Shown here: positions 47,881 through 60,045 of the stretch, piece by piece
Position numbering within the stretch: position 1 is the first letter of the stretch
Layout: every line of letters starts with the position of its first letter
Assembly (NCBI GenBank): GCA_038087875.1
Contig: CM075981.1
Coordinates: 19,158,001 to 19,222,000, forward strand
Direction of reading: 5' to 3'
DNA from: Malacoraja senta
Lineage: Eukaryota
Length of the DNA: 64,000 nt
Notes under the pieces: generated by a model
The model's database searches: none
Told to the model about the DNA's origin: nothing
What the model saw: only the letters and a program-made list of their open reading frames with translations
Position numbers and translations under genes: made by a program

Positions 47881-48479
47881 TTGAAGCTTACAGCTTACAG
47901 CTAAGGCTGGAAGAATGCTTTTCTGACTGGAAGTCTGCAACAAGTGGTGTACTGAATATCATTGGGGTTATCAAGTGGACACCTCCCTTCATTGGTGTTT
48001 CATTGAGTTAGGCCCATGATACCTCGGGAAGGCTCAGCCGTTGGTTCGCACAGCACAACTCCCACCAGTATCTTCTAAATAAAGGAAGCTGCAGGCAATT
48101 AGCTCACTCTAACTAATGCTAAATGGATGCTTTCAAGAGAGAGCTAGATAGGGCTCTTAAAAATAGCAGAGTCAGGGGATATGGGGAGAAGGCAGGAACG
48201 GGGTACTGATTGGGGATGATCAGCCATGATCACATTGAATGGCGGTGCTGGCTCGAAGGGCCAAATGGCCTACTTCTGCACCTATCGTCTATTGTGTATT
48301 GTCTAAACACCTGCATCCAATCTTCCACTAATCCTAGCCCATCATTAAACTTGTAACACCACAAATATCACCCTTGCATACACTTGCACAGACTACAATT
48401 ATAAAGAAATACACATACTGCATGTCATACGTTTCCTTTCTGCCCACAACTGACACTATTTCTTCTACACTAAATCCAC

Positions 48480-48775
48480 CTACTGCCTTGTACTGCTGCC
48501 TCTGACATCTGCCTCATGGCCTGATGCAAGCTCTGTCTGCGAATTTCTAGCTCTCCAAATAGCGACATGGTCTATGAATATTCTACAACCCACCTCTACT
48601 GGACGTACTCTTGCTCTCCAACCTTGCTGCTCATCTTCTGCTGCCAACTCTACATATCTAAACGTTTTTCCTTTCATAAGCCTCATCCACTAAGTTCTCC
48701 CAAGGCACCGTCAGTTTTACAAAATACACTATCTGCTGACCAACTGACCTTAACACTATATCAGGCTTCAAACTA
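48480..48775 (-). mobile_element. R2/NeSL (Hero-like) non-LTR remnant, restriction-like endonuclease domain
   Basis: SLKPDIVL...KLTVPWE..VDEAYER, then (frameshift) RY.ELAAE..QQGW.ARV.PVEVGCR. Confidence 0.75.
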
Positions 48776-50874
48776 GTACTAATAATTTCATACAAAAATA
48801 AAAAGATTTCCTCCTAAATCAACCTGCAAATCTCAATCATTGGCTCCCCATAACTATGCTGCCACCTTCAGATATCTTTGGACCTGTGCACCAAGGTTTG
48901 GGCTTTAACACAGCAGCATGCTTCCTGAAGTCGACAATTAGCACCTTCATCTTGCAGACATCGAAGGAGAGGGCATTGTTGGATGTGGAGAGTCTTGAAT
49001 GAGGTGACATAGTCACAAGGTAATGGGCTGGTTAGTTAGTTAGTTTTAGTTTATTGTCATGTGTACCGAGGTAGAGTGAAAAGATTTTGTTGCGTGCTAA
49101 CCAGTCAGCGGAAATACAATACATAACAACAATCAAGCCATTCACAGTGTGCAGATATATACACAATAAAGGGAATAATGTTTAGTGCAAAATAAAGTCC
49201 AGTAAAATCCGATTAAACACTGTATAGTCTGAGGTTCTCCAGTGAAGTAGATAGTAGCTCAGGGCTGCTCTCCAGTTGTTGATAGAATGGGTTAATTGCC
49301 TGATAAGAATGGTTCAGTTGCTGTGAAGAAACTGTCCCTGAATCTGGAGGTATGCATTTGAACATCTGTACATCTTGCCTGATGGGAGAGAGGGGAGAAC
49401 AGAGAGTACCCAGGGTGTGACTTATCCTTGATTATGCTGCTAACATTGCCGATGCAGCGTGAAGTGTATATTGAGTCAATGGGTTGGTTTGTGTGATGGT
49501 CTGGGCTGCATCCACAATTCTCTGCAATTTCTTGCGGTCTTGCATGGAGCTGTTCCAAAACCATGCTGTGATGCTTCCCGATAAAATGCTTTCAACAGCG
49601 CATCTGTAAAATTTGGAGAAAGTTGTTGGGGACATGCCAATCCTCCTTAGCCTTCGATGGAAATAGAGACGTTGGTGTGCTTTCTTGTCCATTACTTCGA
49701 TATGGCTGGTCCAGGACAAGTTGCTGATGATATTTACTCTGAGGAACTTGAAGCTTTGGCTTGGTCAATTAAAAAGTATGCATAGAAATTTCTTCTCACA
49801 GAGGATTGCTGGAATCTCCACCTCAGAGAGTTATGGAGGCTAGATCAATTAAAGCATTCAAATTGGAGACATGTAATTGTCTGAAAGATCAGGGAATTGA
49901 ACTTCATTTAGAAATTACATAGAATAGGAGTTGAGTCCTGTATTAGATCAGTCATGAATGTATTGAATTGCAGGGTAGGCTTGAGAGGCTATTTTCTTCA
50001 GTGTTCTCATGTATATCTCACAAAAAGACTTGCCTATTTTGGCCTGGGTGAGTGCACATCACTACAATTTTGACTTGGATAAAGTGAATGGAAAGGTCCA
50101 ATGTGAAGGGACTCGACAGCAGAGAAAGGGTTGAGTCAAGGTGGGAAGAGGTAAGTTTAGCTGGGCAAGAACAGGCTGAAACAATGGGCCTGCCTGTGCA
50201 GTCCAGCTATAGATCTTAGAAGCAAAGTAGAAATGGGTTGTGCAGGCTATGGCACCAAGATTGGAAGCTGTGGAATGAAGGGGTTCTAAAGAGAGCTCTG
50301 TGACTGTGGGTTTGTTGGAATGGTTGTGTTCCAGAGGAGGTATCTGGTGTCTGAGAACTGAATCTAGGCTTCGGCACCACAGAGATCAGTTCACCAGACA
50401 ACAAAGGAACCACCGTTGTCAGTATGTTTGATAACAATACTAGGATTGGTTGATTTGTGAGTTGAATGCTGTAAGTTTAATAAGAGGAAAGATAGTGTGT
50501 GAAAAAAGTAGAAAACATACAAAAAAGGTACAGTATAAGATTATCCCCATTGGCCAATAGTGTCTGTACATAGCATGCAACCAAGATAAACTAATTCCAC
50601 ATGCCTGCATATGATAGCTATCCCCCCAATCTGTGCATATCCAAGTGACTATCTAAAAGCCTCTTAAATGCTGCATGCGTCCATCACTATTTCTGCCAGA
50701 ATATTCCCGATACTCACCACCCTCTCTGTAACAAAATTGTCATGCTCATCTCCTTTAAACTTTGACCTTCTCATTTTAAAGCTATGACTTCTAGTCTTTG
50801 ACAATGCCACCTTGCAAAAAAGGTTCTAACTGTCTACCTTATCTATGCCTCTTATAATCCTATATAATTCTATC

Positions 50875-51795
50875 ACAAAGCTGGGTGGCAGTGTGAACTG
50901 TGAAGAGGATGTTAGGAGGTTGCAGGGTGACCTGGACAGGTTGAGTGAGCGGGCAGATGTGTGGCAGATGCAGTATAATATAGATAAATGTGAGGTTATC
51001 CACTTTGGCGGCAAAAACAAGGGGGCAGATTATTATCTCAATGGGGTTAGGTTAGGTAAGGGGGAGGTACAGCGAGACCTGGGTGTCCTTGTACACCAGT
51101 CACTGAAAGTTGGTGTGCAGGTACAGCAGGCAGTGAAGAAAGCTAATGGAATTTTGGCCTTCATAACAAGAGGATTTCAGTATAGGAGTAAAGAGGTTCT
51201 TCTGTATAGGGCTCTGGTGAGACCACATCTGGAGTATTGTGTACAGTTTTGGTCTCCTAATTTGAGGAAGGACATCCTTGTGATTGAGGCAGTGCAGCGT
51301 AGGTTCACGAGATTGATCCCTGGGATGGCGGGACTGTCATATGAGGAAAGATTGAAAAGACTAGGCTTGTATTCACTGGAGTTTAGAAGGATGAGGGGAT
51401 ATCTTATAGAAACATATACAATTATAAAAGGACTGGACAAGCTAGATGCAGGAAAAATGTTCCCAATGTTGGGCGAGTCCAGAACCAGGGGCCACAGTCT
51501 TAGAATAAAGGGGAGGTCATTTAAGACTGAGGTGAGAAAAAAACTTTTTCACCCAGAGAGTTGTGAATTTGTGGAATTCCCTGCCACAGAGGGCAGTGGA
51601 AGCCAAATCACTGGATGGATTTAAGAGAGTGTTAGATAGAGCTCTAGGGGCTAGTGGAGTCAAGGGATATGGGGAGAAGGCAGGCACGGGTTATTGATAG
51701 GGGACGATCAGCCATGATCACAATGAATGGTGGTGCTGGCTCGAAGGGCTGAATGGCCTCCTCCTGCACCTATTTTCTATGTTTCTATGTTTCTA
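50875..51795 (+). mobile_element. CR1 LINE, 5'-truncated
   Basis: KLGGSVNCEED...RPHLEYCVQFWSP; 3' UTR and (tttctatg)n tail. Confidence 0.92.
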
Positions 51796-52435
51796 TGTAT
51801 CAGATCACTCCTCAACCTCTGACATTTCAGAGAAAACAATTCAAGTTTGTTCAACCTCTCCTTATTGCTAATACCACCTAATCCAGGCATCATTCTGGCA
51901 AAACTCTTCTGCACCATTTCCAAGCCACCACATCTTTCTTGTAATGGGGCGACCAGAACTGCATACTCCAGATGCAACCTCACCAAAGTCGTATAAAGCT
52001 GCGACATGACTTCCTTGTTGCAGACAAAGTCAGGCCGACTCTCCCTAAATAACCAATTCCCTTCCATGGGATAAATCCAATCCTGAAATATCTTCTCCAA
52101 TAGATTCCTCACCACTGATATGAGGCTCAGCAACCTATAATTCCCTGGACTGTCTCTATCTCCCTCCTTAGACTAAGGAACAACATTGGCTACTGTCCAG
52201 TCCTCCGTGGATAGAGAGGTTGCAAAAAGCTTGGTCAAAGTCTATTCAATCTTCTCTATTGCTTTTTAAAAAATAACATAGGATAGCCATGGGAATTTAA
52301 CCATCTTACTCCTCTTCGAGAGTCTTAACACCACCTCCTTCTTGGCTCAAACTGCCCTTATATGTTAGTATTCTCCACACTATCCTCACTGTGCTCCGTA
52401 TTCTTATTGTTTATGAATACATAGGCAAAGTACTT

Positions 52436-54083
52436 GAAGGAAGACAAAAATGCTGGAGAAACTCGGCGGGTGAGGCAGCATCTATGAAGAGAAGGAATAG
52501 GCAACATTTTGGGTCGAGACCCTTCTTCAGACTGATGTCGGGGGAGGGGGAGGGGGGGGGGCAGGGAAAAGGAAACTGGGGCTGCATCTGCACCCAGAAT
52601 GAAGTGTTCAAGACCAGGGCATCGGAGATGTCCCCATTCTTTTGGGAACAGGGGTTCCCCTCTGCTATTATAGATGAGGCTCTCACCAGGATCTCCTCTA
52701 TATCCTGCAGCTCTGCTCTCACTCCCCATCCCCCTACTCATAACAAGGACAGAGTCCCCCTTGTCCTCACCTTCCACCCGACTAGCTGTCGTATACAACA
52801 TATAATCTCCCTGGTCTGGAACACCACATTCTGGGTGCAGATGCGGCATAGACGGAGGAATTGGGAGTCAAATTGGGAGTCGAGGATAGAGTCCTTACAG
52901 GAAGCAGGGTGGGAAGAAGTGTCATCCAGAGAGCCATGTGAGTCAGTGGGTTTGTAGTCCAGATAGCCGTGGAAATCAATGGGTTTCTACTACAAACCCA
53001 CCGACTCCCATGGTTCTCTGGACTACACTTCTTCCCACCCTGCTTCCTGTAAGAACTCTATCCCCTACTCCCAATTCCTCCATCTACGCCGCATCTGCAT
53101 CCAGAATGAGATGTTCCAGACCAGGGCATCAGAGATGTCCTCATTCTTTAGGGAACGGGGGTTCCCCTCTGACTATAGATGAGGCTCTCACCAGGGTCTC
53201 CTCTATATTCCGCTCTCACTCCACATCCCCTACTCATAACAAGGACAGAGTCTCCCTTGTCCTCACCTTCCACCCTACCATCCGTCGCATACAACATATA
53301 ATCTTCCGACATTTTTGCCACCTCCAACGGGATCCCACCACTGGCCACATCTTGTCATCTCCTTCCTTTTCTGCTTTCCGCAGAGACCGTTCCCTCCGTA
53401 ACTCCCTGGTCAATTTGTCCCTTCCCACCCAAACCATCTCCTCCCCTGATACTTTCCCTTGCAACCGCAGGAAATACTACACTTGTCGCTTTACCTCCCT
53501 CTTCAACTCCATCCTAGGGCCCAAACAGTCTTTCCAGATGAGGCAGAGGTTCACCTGCACCTCCTCTAACCTCATCTACTGCATCCGCTGTTCCAGGTGT
53601 CAACTTCTCTACATTGGTGAGACCAAGCGCAGGCTTGGCAATTGCTTCGCCCAACATCTCCGCTCAGTTCGCAATAACCAACCTGATCTCCTGGTTGCTC
53701 AGCACTTCAACTCCCCCTCCCGTTCCGAATCTGACCTTTCTGTCTTGGGCCTCCGCCATTGCCAGAGTGAGGCCCAGCGCAAATTGGTGGAACAGCACCT
53801 CATATTTTGCTTGTGTAGTTTACACGCCAGCGGTATGAAAATTGACCTCCAATTTCAGGTAGTCCTTGCTTTGTCCCTCCTTCTCCCCCTTCCCAACTCT
53901 CCCCCAAGCCTACTGTCTCCGCCTCTTCCTTTCCTTTTCCCCGCACTCCCCGACATCAGTCTGAAGAAGGGTCTCAACCCGAAATGTTGCCTATTCCTTC
54001 TCTCCATAGATGCTGTCTCACCCGCTGAGTTTCTCCAGCATTTTTGACTACCTTCGATTATTCCAGCATCTGCAGTTCTTTCT
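52436..54083 (+). mobile_element. Penelope-like element C with an inverted terminus and an internal inverted segment, inserted in an old minus-strand CR1 (about 51800-54290)
   Basis: 14-bp TSD TAGGCAAAGTACTT (52422-52435 and 54084-54097); GIY-YIG motif LIYCIRC/YIGETKR. Confidence 0.9.
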
Positions 54084-54369
54084 TAGGCAAAGTACTTAGT
54101 TAGTACTTCACCTACATCCTCTGACTCCAAGAACACTTTTCCTTCTTTACCCTTGAGTGGTCCTACCTTCTTCCTGGTTACCTTGTTGATTTAATTTACA
54201 TATAAAAAGCATTACAATTTTCTTCAACTCAACTTACGTCAGTTCTAATCACCTACTTGAGTTCTTTCCTACTTGCTTTATATTCCTCAATATCAAGATT
54301 GAATGAAATAGTCAGGGTGAGAGATCAGTTAGTTGCGCGTGTTCTTCGTTTGCGCAGTGTTGCGATACG

Positions 54370-54423
54370 TGCTTCCTCTGCTCATGGTGAGATCAGTTCC
54401 TGTTCCTTTACTTCCTTTTTCAG
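54370..54423 (+). promoter_or_regulatory. ETS-core (TTCC x4) cluster and/or polypyrimidine acceptor just upstream of gene B's ATG
   Basis: TTCC at 54373, 54397, 54403 and 54412 (AAAAAGGAAGT on the minus strand, PU.1/Spi-like). The same tract ends in ttttttcag (54423), so it could instead be a 3' splice site. Confidence 0.35.
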
Positions 54424-54466
54424 AAGATATCCGGGCCTTAGAAATCTAGTTCACTCAAACCTCAAG

Positions 54467-54533
54467 ATGTGGGAGTTCTCCTCGAGAAGTGCTGTCTGGC
54501 TGTTCTGTGCCTCCCTATTTGCCAAATGTTTGG
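54467..54533 (+). CDS. Gene B exon 1: signal peptide (MWEFSSRSAVWLFCASLFAKCL-A)
   Basis: AAGATGT start context, 22 codons plus 1 nt, hydrophobic AVWLFCASLF, phase-1 donor G|GTAATG; in frame with the V exon. Confidence 0.7.
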
Positions 54534-55574
54534 GTAATGTCAAGTTTTAGAGTTTGACTCTGGTTATAGAGCGGTGTAATATGTGTGAGCGATGTGAGGT
54601 TTACAGTGCTTGCAGAGGTCATTCATCATGGTCACATCCTCCGTTTGCTGGTTCACACCCTTGCATGTAAATTGCTTACTTGCTCTTTGTCTCTTCCATT
54701 CTTTCACACTTTTTCCCCTGTCCCTCTCTAGGTCTAGGTCTTGATTTCATTCCATCTCACTTAGTCTCTCTTTATATCTCACTTAATCCACAGACGTTCT
54801 ATATCTTTGTCCGTCCCTTTAAATATGTTTGTTGGTTCCTCAACACCTCAATCATCTCTGTAGGATTGACTGTCTTTCCCTTTGTTGCCCCCTCTCTCCC
54901 ACTCTCTCTTCCTCCTTGTATCCCTCTCTCTCCCTCATGGTCGCCCTCTGTATACATAGCTGTAGTTCAGCATCATTTTATGCTTCACATATTTCTGTTC
55001 ATCAGTTCTGATCACCTAACCACTTCCTGCCACCATTTGATAGAGTTCTTGACTCGAGTTAGCTTATCATATCCTGACAGACCTTTCATGCGGCGTCTAC
55101 GGAGGTATTTTTACAGACTTAAGAACGGCTTCTTCCCCATGGCTCTCATTTTCCTGAACCTTTAATGTCTTTCACACCCGCTTCCCTGAGGTGCTGTAAT
55201 GTACTCTTATATCTAATTCTACCTCAATTGGTTATTTTGTTATTGCTGTTTAGTATTTTTATACGTCTTCAGTTTACACAAAAATCTTTGCACAATTCTG
55301 CGGATTTGCATACATTATTGCGTTCGTTGTCGTTATTCTCTTTATTGTTTACTCTGTGAGCTTCATGCGAACTTGAAACTTCATTGCCCCTGTTGTATAT
55401 GGCATAAAATAATCTGAATCTGAATCTGAGGTTTCAAAGGCAGTGAGTTACTGCCTGGGTTCAGGGGCACAGTTGACCGCATTTCTCTTGCCTCAGAAAA
55501 ATCCATCACTTCTGGATGTCAGCTGCAAGGTGGGAGTTGCACTATACTGACCAATGAAACCAGACATGGAGGTC

Positions 55575-56940
55575 ACCAGTTGATTTATGACCAGCACACG
55601 GAGGAATCTTGGATCTGTCTTCACTAAGGAGGACACAAACAATCTTCCTGGTATAGTAGTGGCCAGAGGATCTGGGGTGACAGAGGAACTGAAGGAAATC
55701 CACATTAGGCAGGAAATGGTGTTGGATGGACTGATGGGACTGAAAGCTGATAAATTCCCAGGGCCTGATGGTCTGCATCCCAGGGTACTTAAGGAAGTGG
55801 CTCTAGAAATCATGGATGCATTGGTGATAATTTTCCAATGTTCTATAGACTCAGGATCAGTTCCTGTGGACTGGAGGGTAGCTAATGTTATCCCACGTTT
55901 TAAGAAAGGCGGGAGAGAGAAAACAAGGAATTATAGACCAATTAGCCTGACATCGGTGGTGGGGAAGATGCTGGAGTCAATTATAAAAGATGAGATAGCC
56001 GCACATTTGGATAGCAGTAACAGGATCGGTCCGAGTCAGCATGGACTTACAAAGGGGAAATCATGCTTGACTAAACTTCTGGAATTTTTTGAAGATGTAA
56101 CTCGGAAAATGGACAAGGGAGAGCCAGTGGATGTAGTGTACCTGGACTTTCACAAAGCATTTGATAAGGTCCCACATAGGAGATTAGTGGGCAAATTTAG
56201 GGCACATCGTATTGGGGGGTAGAGTGCTGACATGGATAGAGAAGTGGTTGGCAGACAGGAAACAAAGAGTAGGGATTAACGGGTCTCCTTCAGAATGGCA
56301 GGCAGTGACTAGTGGGGTACCGCAAGGCTCGGTGATGGGACCGCAGTTATTTACAATATACATCAATGATTTGGATGAGGGATTCAAAGTAACATTAGCA
56401 AATTTGCAGATGACACAAAGCTGGGTGGCAGTTTGAACTGTGAGGAGGATGCTATGAGAATGCAGGGTGACTTTGACATGTTGGGGGAGTGGGCAGATGC
56501 ATGGCAGATGAAGTTTAATGCGGATAAATGTGAGGTTATCCACTTTGGTAGTAAAAACAGAAAGGCAGATTACTATCTAAATGGCGTCAAGTTGGGAAAA
56601 GGGGAAGTACAACGGGATCTGGGGGTCCTTGTACATCAATCTATGAAAGTAAGCATGCAGTGAAGAAAGCGAATTGCATGTTGGCCTTTATAACAAGAGG
56701 AATCAAATATAGGAGCAAAGAGGTCCTTCTGAAGTTGTACAGAGCCCTAGTGAGACCAGACCTGGAGTATTGTGTGCAGTTTTGGTCCCCTAATTTGAGG
56801 AAGGTCGTTCTTGCTATTGAGGGAGTGCAGCGTAGGTTTACAAGGTTAATTCCCGGGATGGCGGGACTGTCATATGCTGAGAGAATGGAGCAGCTGGGCT
56901 TGTACACTCTGGAGTTTAGAAGGATGAGAGGGAATCTCAA
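55575..56940 (+). mobile_element. CR1 LINE in gene B intron 1; a further minus-strand CR1 fragment at about 57060-57385
   Basis: [42 protein letters not shown] motifs. Confidence 0.92.
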
Positions 56941-58180
56941 CGCTGCCGAGGGAATTAACAAAGAATGACCTGGCATGAGGGGACCGCCATGAGGGAGGGG
57001 AAAGAACAATGGGACCCGGGCGTGGGGAACCGCTGTGAGGGACATCCCCTCTTGAAATAAATACTAGCATTGCATTTGATTTCTTTACTACCGATTCGAC
57101 TTACAGATTAACTTTTTGGGAATCATGCACCAGCACTCCCAAGTCCCTTTGCACCTCCGATTTCTGGATTCTCTCCTAATTTAGAAAATAGTCTATGCCT
57201 TTATTCCTGCTACCAAAATGCATGACTCCTCACTTTGCTACACTATATTCCATCTGCCACTTCTCTGCCCACTCTCCCTACCTATCCAAGTCCTTCTGCA
57301 GAGTCCCTGCTTTCTCTACACTACCTGCCCCTCCACCAATTTTCGTATCATCCACATGCATGGCCACAAAGTCTTCAATCCTCACATACAAATCAAAGCT
57401 GAATGGTAACTGTCACCTCCAGTTGCTGCCAGTTTGTTGGCAGACTTTCAATTACTAGAGGAGGTGGGCGTTGCTTTATGTTTTCTCTGCAACATACTTG
57501 ACCTCTCACTGACTTGTTTGGATCCCATAACATTTCTCACATTTGCGCATTGAGGAATACATGGAGCAGAATACCTGCTGGCAAGCACATATTTCACAGG
57601 TCAACAGGAAGAAAGCCTCAATAACATTACATTGCAGAATGACACCTATGTCTGGCCCATACAGAACCAAATATGACAACCTTTCCCTCTGATTACACAA
57701 GAATGGCTGCAGGCAAAGGGAATGCAACAGCAGGACATGGGGCATCCTTGATGCATTCCTGTCTCAAAGTGAAGGGCGCTGTCCTCCCACAACCTGAAGA
57801 TGTACAGATTTGTACGTTCATTGGTCTCTGTAAAATTGCTCCTAATGTTCAGGGAGTGGATGAGCGAGATTGTATAGAAATCGTGTGAACGAATGATCAA
57901 TGGATGGCATGAACTCGTTGGGCCGAAGGGTCTGTTTCCATGCTGTCAAAATAAGTGAAGGGTGCTTTCAGGAGCCCGTTTACCATCACCAACAGAATCT
58001 TCACCCTGTTCCCTCCGTGGGCTCACTGTCTGATGCAGGAATTATGGGCCGGGTATCTCACGGAGCCAGGAGCCAGACGATGGGCCGCATGGCCTGCTCC
58101 TGTGCTCTGTGATTCTCCCAGCTCCGATTCCTCCTCCAGTCACTGAGCTGTCCTGCTGACTGCCTCTCTTGTCTCCTCAG

Positions 58181-58498
58181 CTGGGACTGGGTCCGCCGCT
58201 GGCACCGTGACCGGAGCTCGGGGACACACGATCTCCTTACCTGCTGGGATCACAGTCCCACCGGACATTACGGAAGTTGTGTGGAGGCGGGTATTGCCCA
58301 GAATCAAGATAGCGGAACACTCGAATGGGAAGATTGAATACTATAACGTCAATTACACGGGACGGGTAACTCTTCACCCCAGGAACTTCAGTCTGGAAAT
58401 CCGTGATCTACGGGGAGAGGACGCTGGTGAATATGAGGTGACTTTTGGAACAAGTTCAGGAGTTGAAACTCAGGCAAGAGTCCGACTGGAGGTGTACG
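58181..58498 (+). CDS. Gene B exon 2: Cys-less IgV domain of the CD2/SLAM family (GTGSAAGTVTGARGHTISLP...VVWRR...GRVTLHPRNFSLEIRDLRGEDAGEYEVTF...VRLEVY)
   Basis: Acceptor tctcttgtctcctcag|, donor G|GTGAGT; 318 nt, phase 1-1. Has the V-set Trp, R-V-x-L, S-L-x-I-x-x-L and D-x-G-x-Y motifs but no B/F-strand cysteines, as in CD2/CD48/CD58/SLAM V domains. Confidence 0.93.
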
Positions 58499-59169
58499 GT
58501 GAGTGAGACTGCCACAGAGGTCCCGGGATTCACCAGCTCCTGAACCCGTATAATTAATTGGTGAGGGCAGATCCTGTGCGTTCCCCAGTTTACTGAACCC
58601 CACTGACTGCCAGTGTGTGGAGTGGGGGTCACGGCCGTTGTGCGACTGGGGCAGTGCCAGGCTGGGGGACAGACCCACCACATCCCCGGAGACTGGGCCA
58701 GGGGCCGCCAAGGAACAAACCGTCAAAAGGGGAACCTCGTAGCTCCGAGGCTGGAGGAGCTGAGCACATGGGGAGGGAGGAATGGATAGGGTAGGAGGGG
58801 TAGTTTAGATGGGCCGAACAGTCTGTATCTCTGAGACCTAGTTAAACAGACCCCACTGTATCCACAGGTCAAAGGCCTTGTATGTCATGTTCAGGGATCC
58901 CAGTTGTCCCATCTGTTTCCCACAGTTCTGCCTGTTCATTCCCAAGACTGGGGAGTGAATTCAGGAAGGTTTTTATTCCTCAGCCTCCATGCTCTGCATT
59001 GCTGAGCGTTGCCCTGTGTATTTATTCCACTGAATATGGTCCCAATGAGTGAGGCAGTACATGTACACAACAACACACTCACACCCAGCAATATCGTTCC
59101 TATCTCACTCTTACAAGAGTGAAATAGGAATATAACCTTTCAAAACACATAAATAAGTGTTTTGAAAGG

Positions 59170-60045
59170 TTAGATCGCATGGGATCCAAAGAGCGATAGC
59201 TGAATGGATAGCAAATTGACTCCATGGAAGAAGCAGAGGGTGATGGTGGAAGGTTGCTTCTTGGACTGGAGGCCTGTGACAAGTGGTGTGCCTCAGAGTT
59301 CGGTGCTGAGCCCGTTACTGTTTGTCATCTACATCAATGATTTGGATAATAACAAACAAGAGGGCAAGATTAGCAAGTTTGCTGATGATACACAAGTGAG
59401 TGGTTTTGCAAATAGTGAAGATGGTTATGAAAGATTGCAGCTGGATCTGAATCGATTGGCCAAGTGGGCGGAGGAATGGTTGATGGAATTTAATACAGAG
59501 AAGTGCGAGGTGTTGCATTTTGGGATGTCTAACAAGGGCAGGACCTACACAGTAAATGGTAGGCCTCTGGGTAGTGTTGTAGAGCAGAGGGATCTAGGAG
59601 TGCAGGTGCATAGTTCCTTGAAGGTCGAGTCACAGGTAGATAATTTGGTCAAAAAGACTTTTGGCACATTGGCCTTCATCAGTCAGAGTATTGAGTATAG
59701 AAGTTGGGAGGTCATGTTGCAGATGCAGTTGTATAAGATGTTGGTGACACCGCATTTAGAATATTGTGTTCAGTTCTGGGCACCATGTTACAGGAAAGGT
59801 ATTGTCGAGCTTGAAAGGGTTCAGAAAAGATTTACGAGGATGTTGCCTGGACTAGAGAGTGAGCTGTAGGGAGAGGTTGAGTAGGCTGGGTCTCTATTCC
59901 ATGGAGTGCAGGAGGATGAGGAGAGATCTTTTCGAGATGTACAAAATCATGAGAGGAATAGATCGGGTAGATGCACAGAGTCTCTTGCCCAGGGTAGGGG
60001 AATCGAGGACCAGAGGACTTAGGTTCAAGGTGAAGGGGACAAAGT
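59170..60045 (+). mobile_element. CR1 LINE fragment in gene B intron 2
   Basis: [31 protein letters not shown] motifs. Confidence 0.9.

Noticed and set aside
57640-57790. Minus-strand FETGMHQGCPMS motif
   Set aside because: A highly decayed L1/Tx1 RT remnant (RG.RQGCPLS), not a host exon; too short to delimit.
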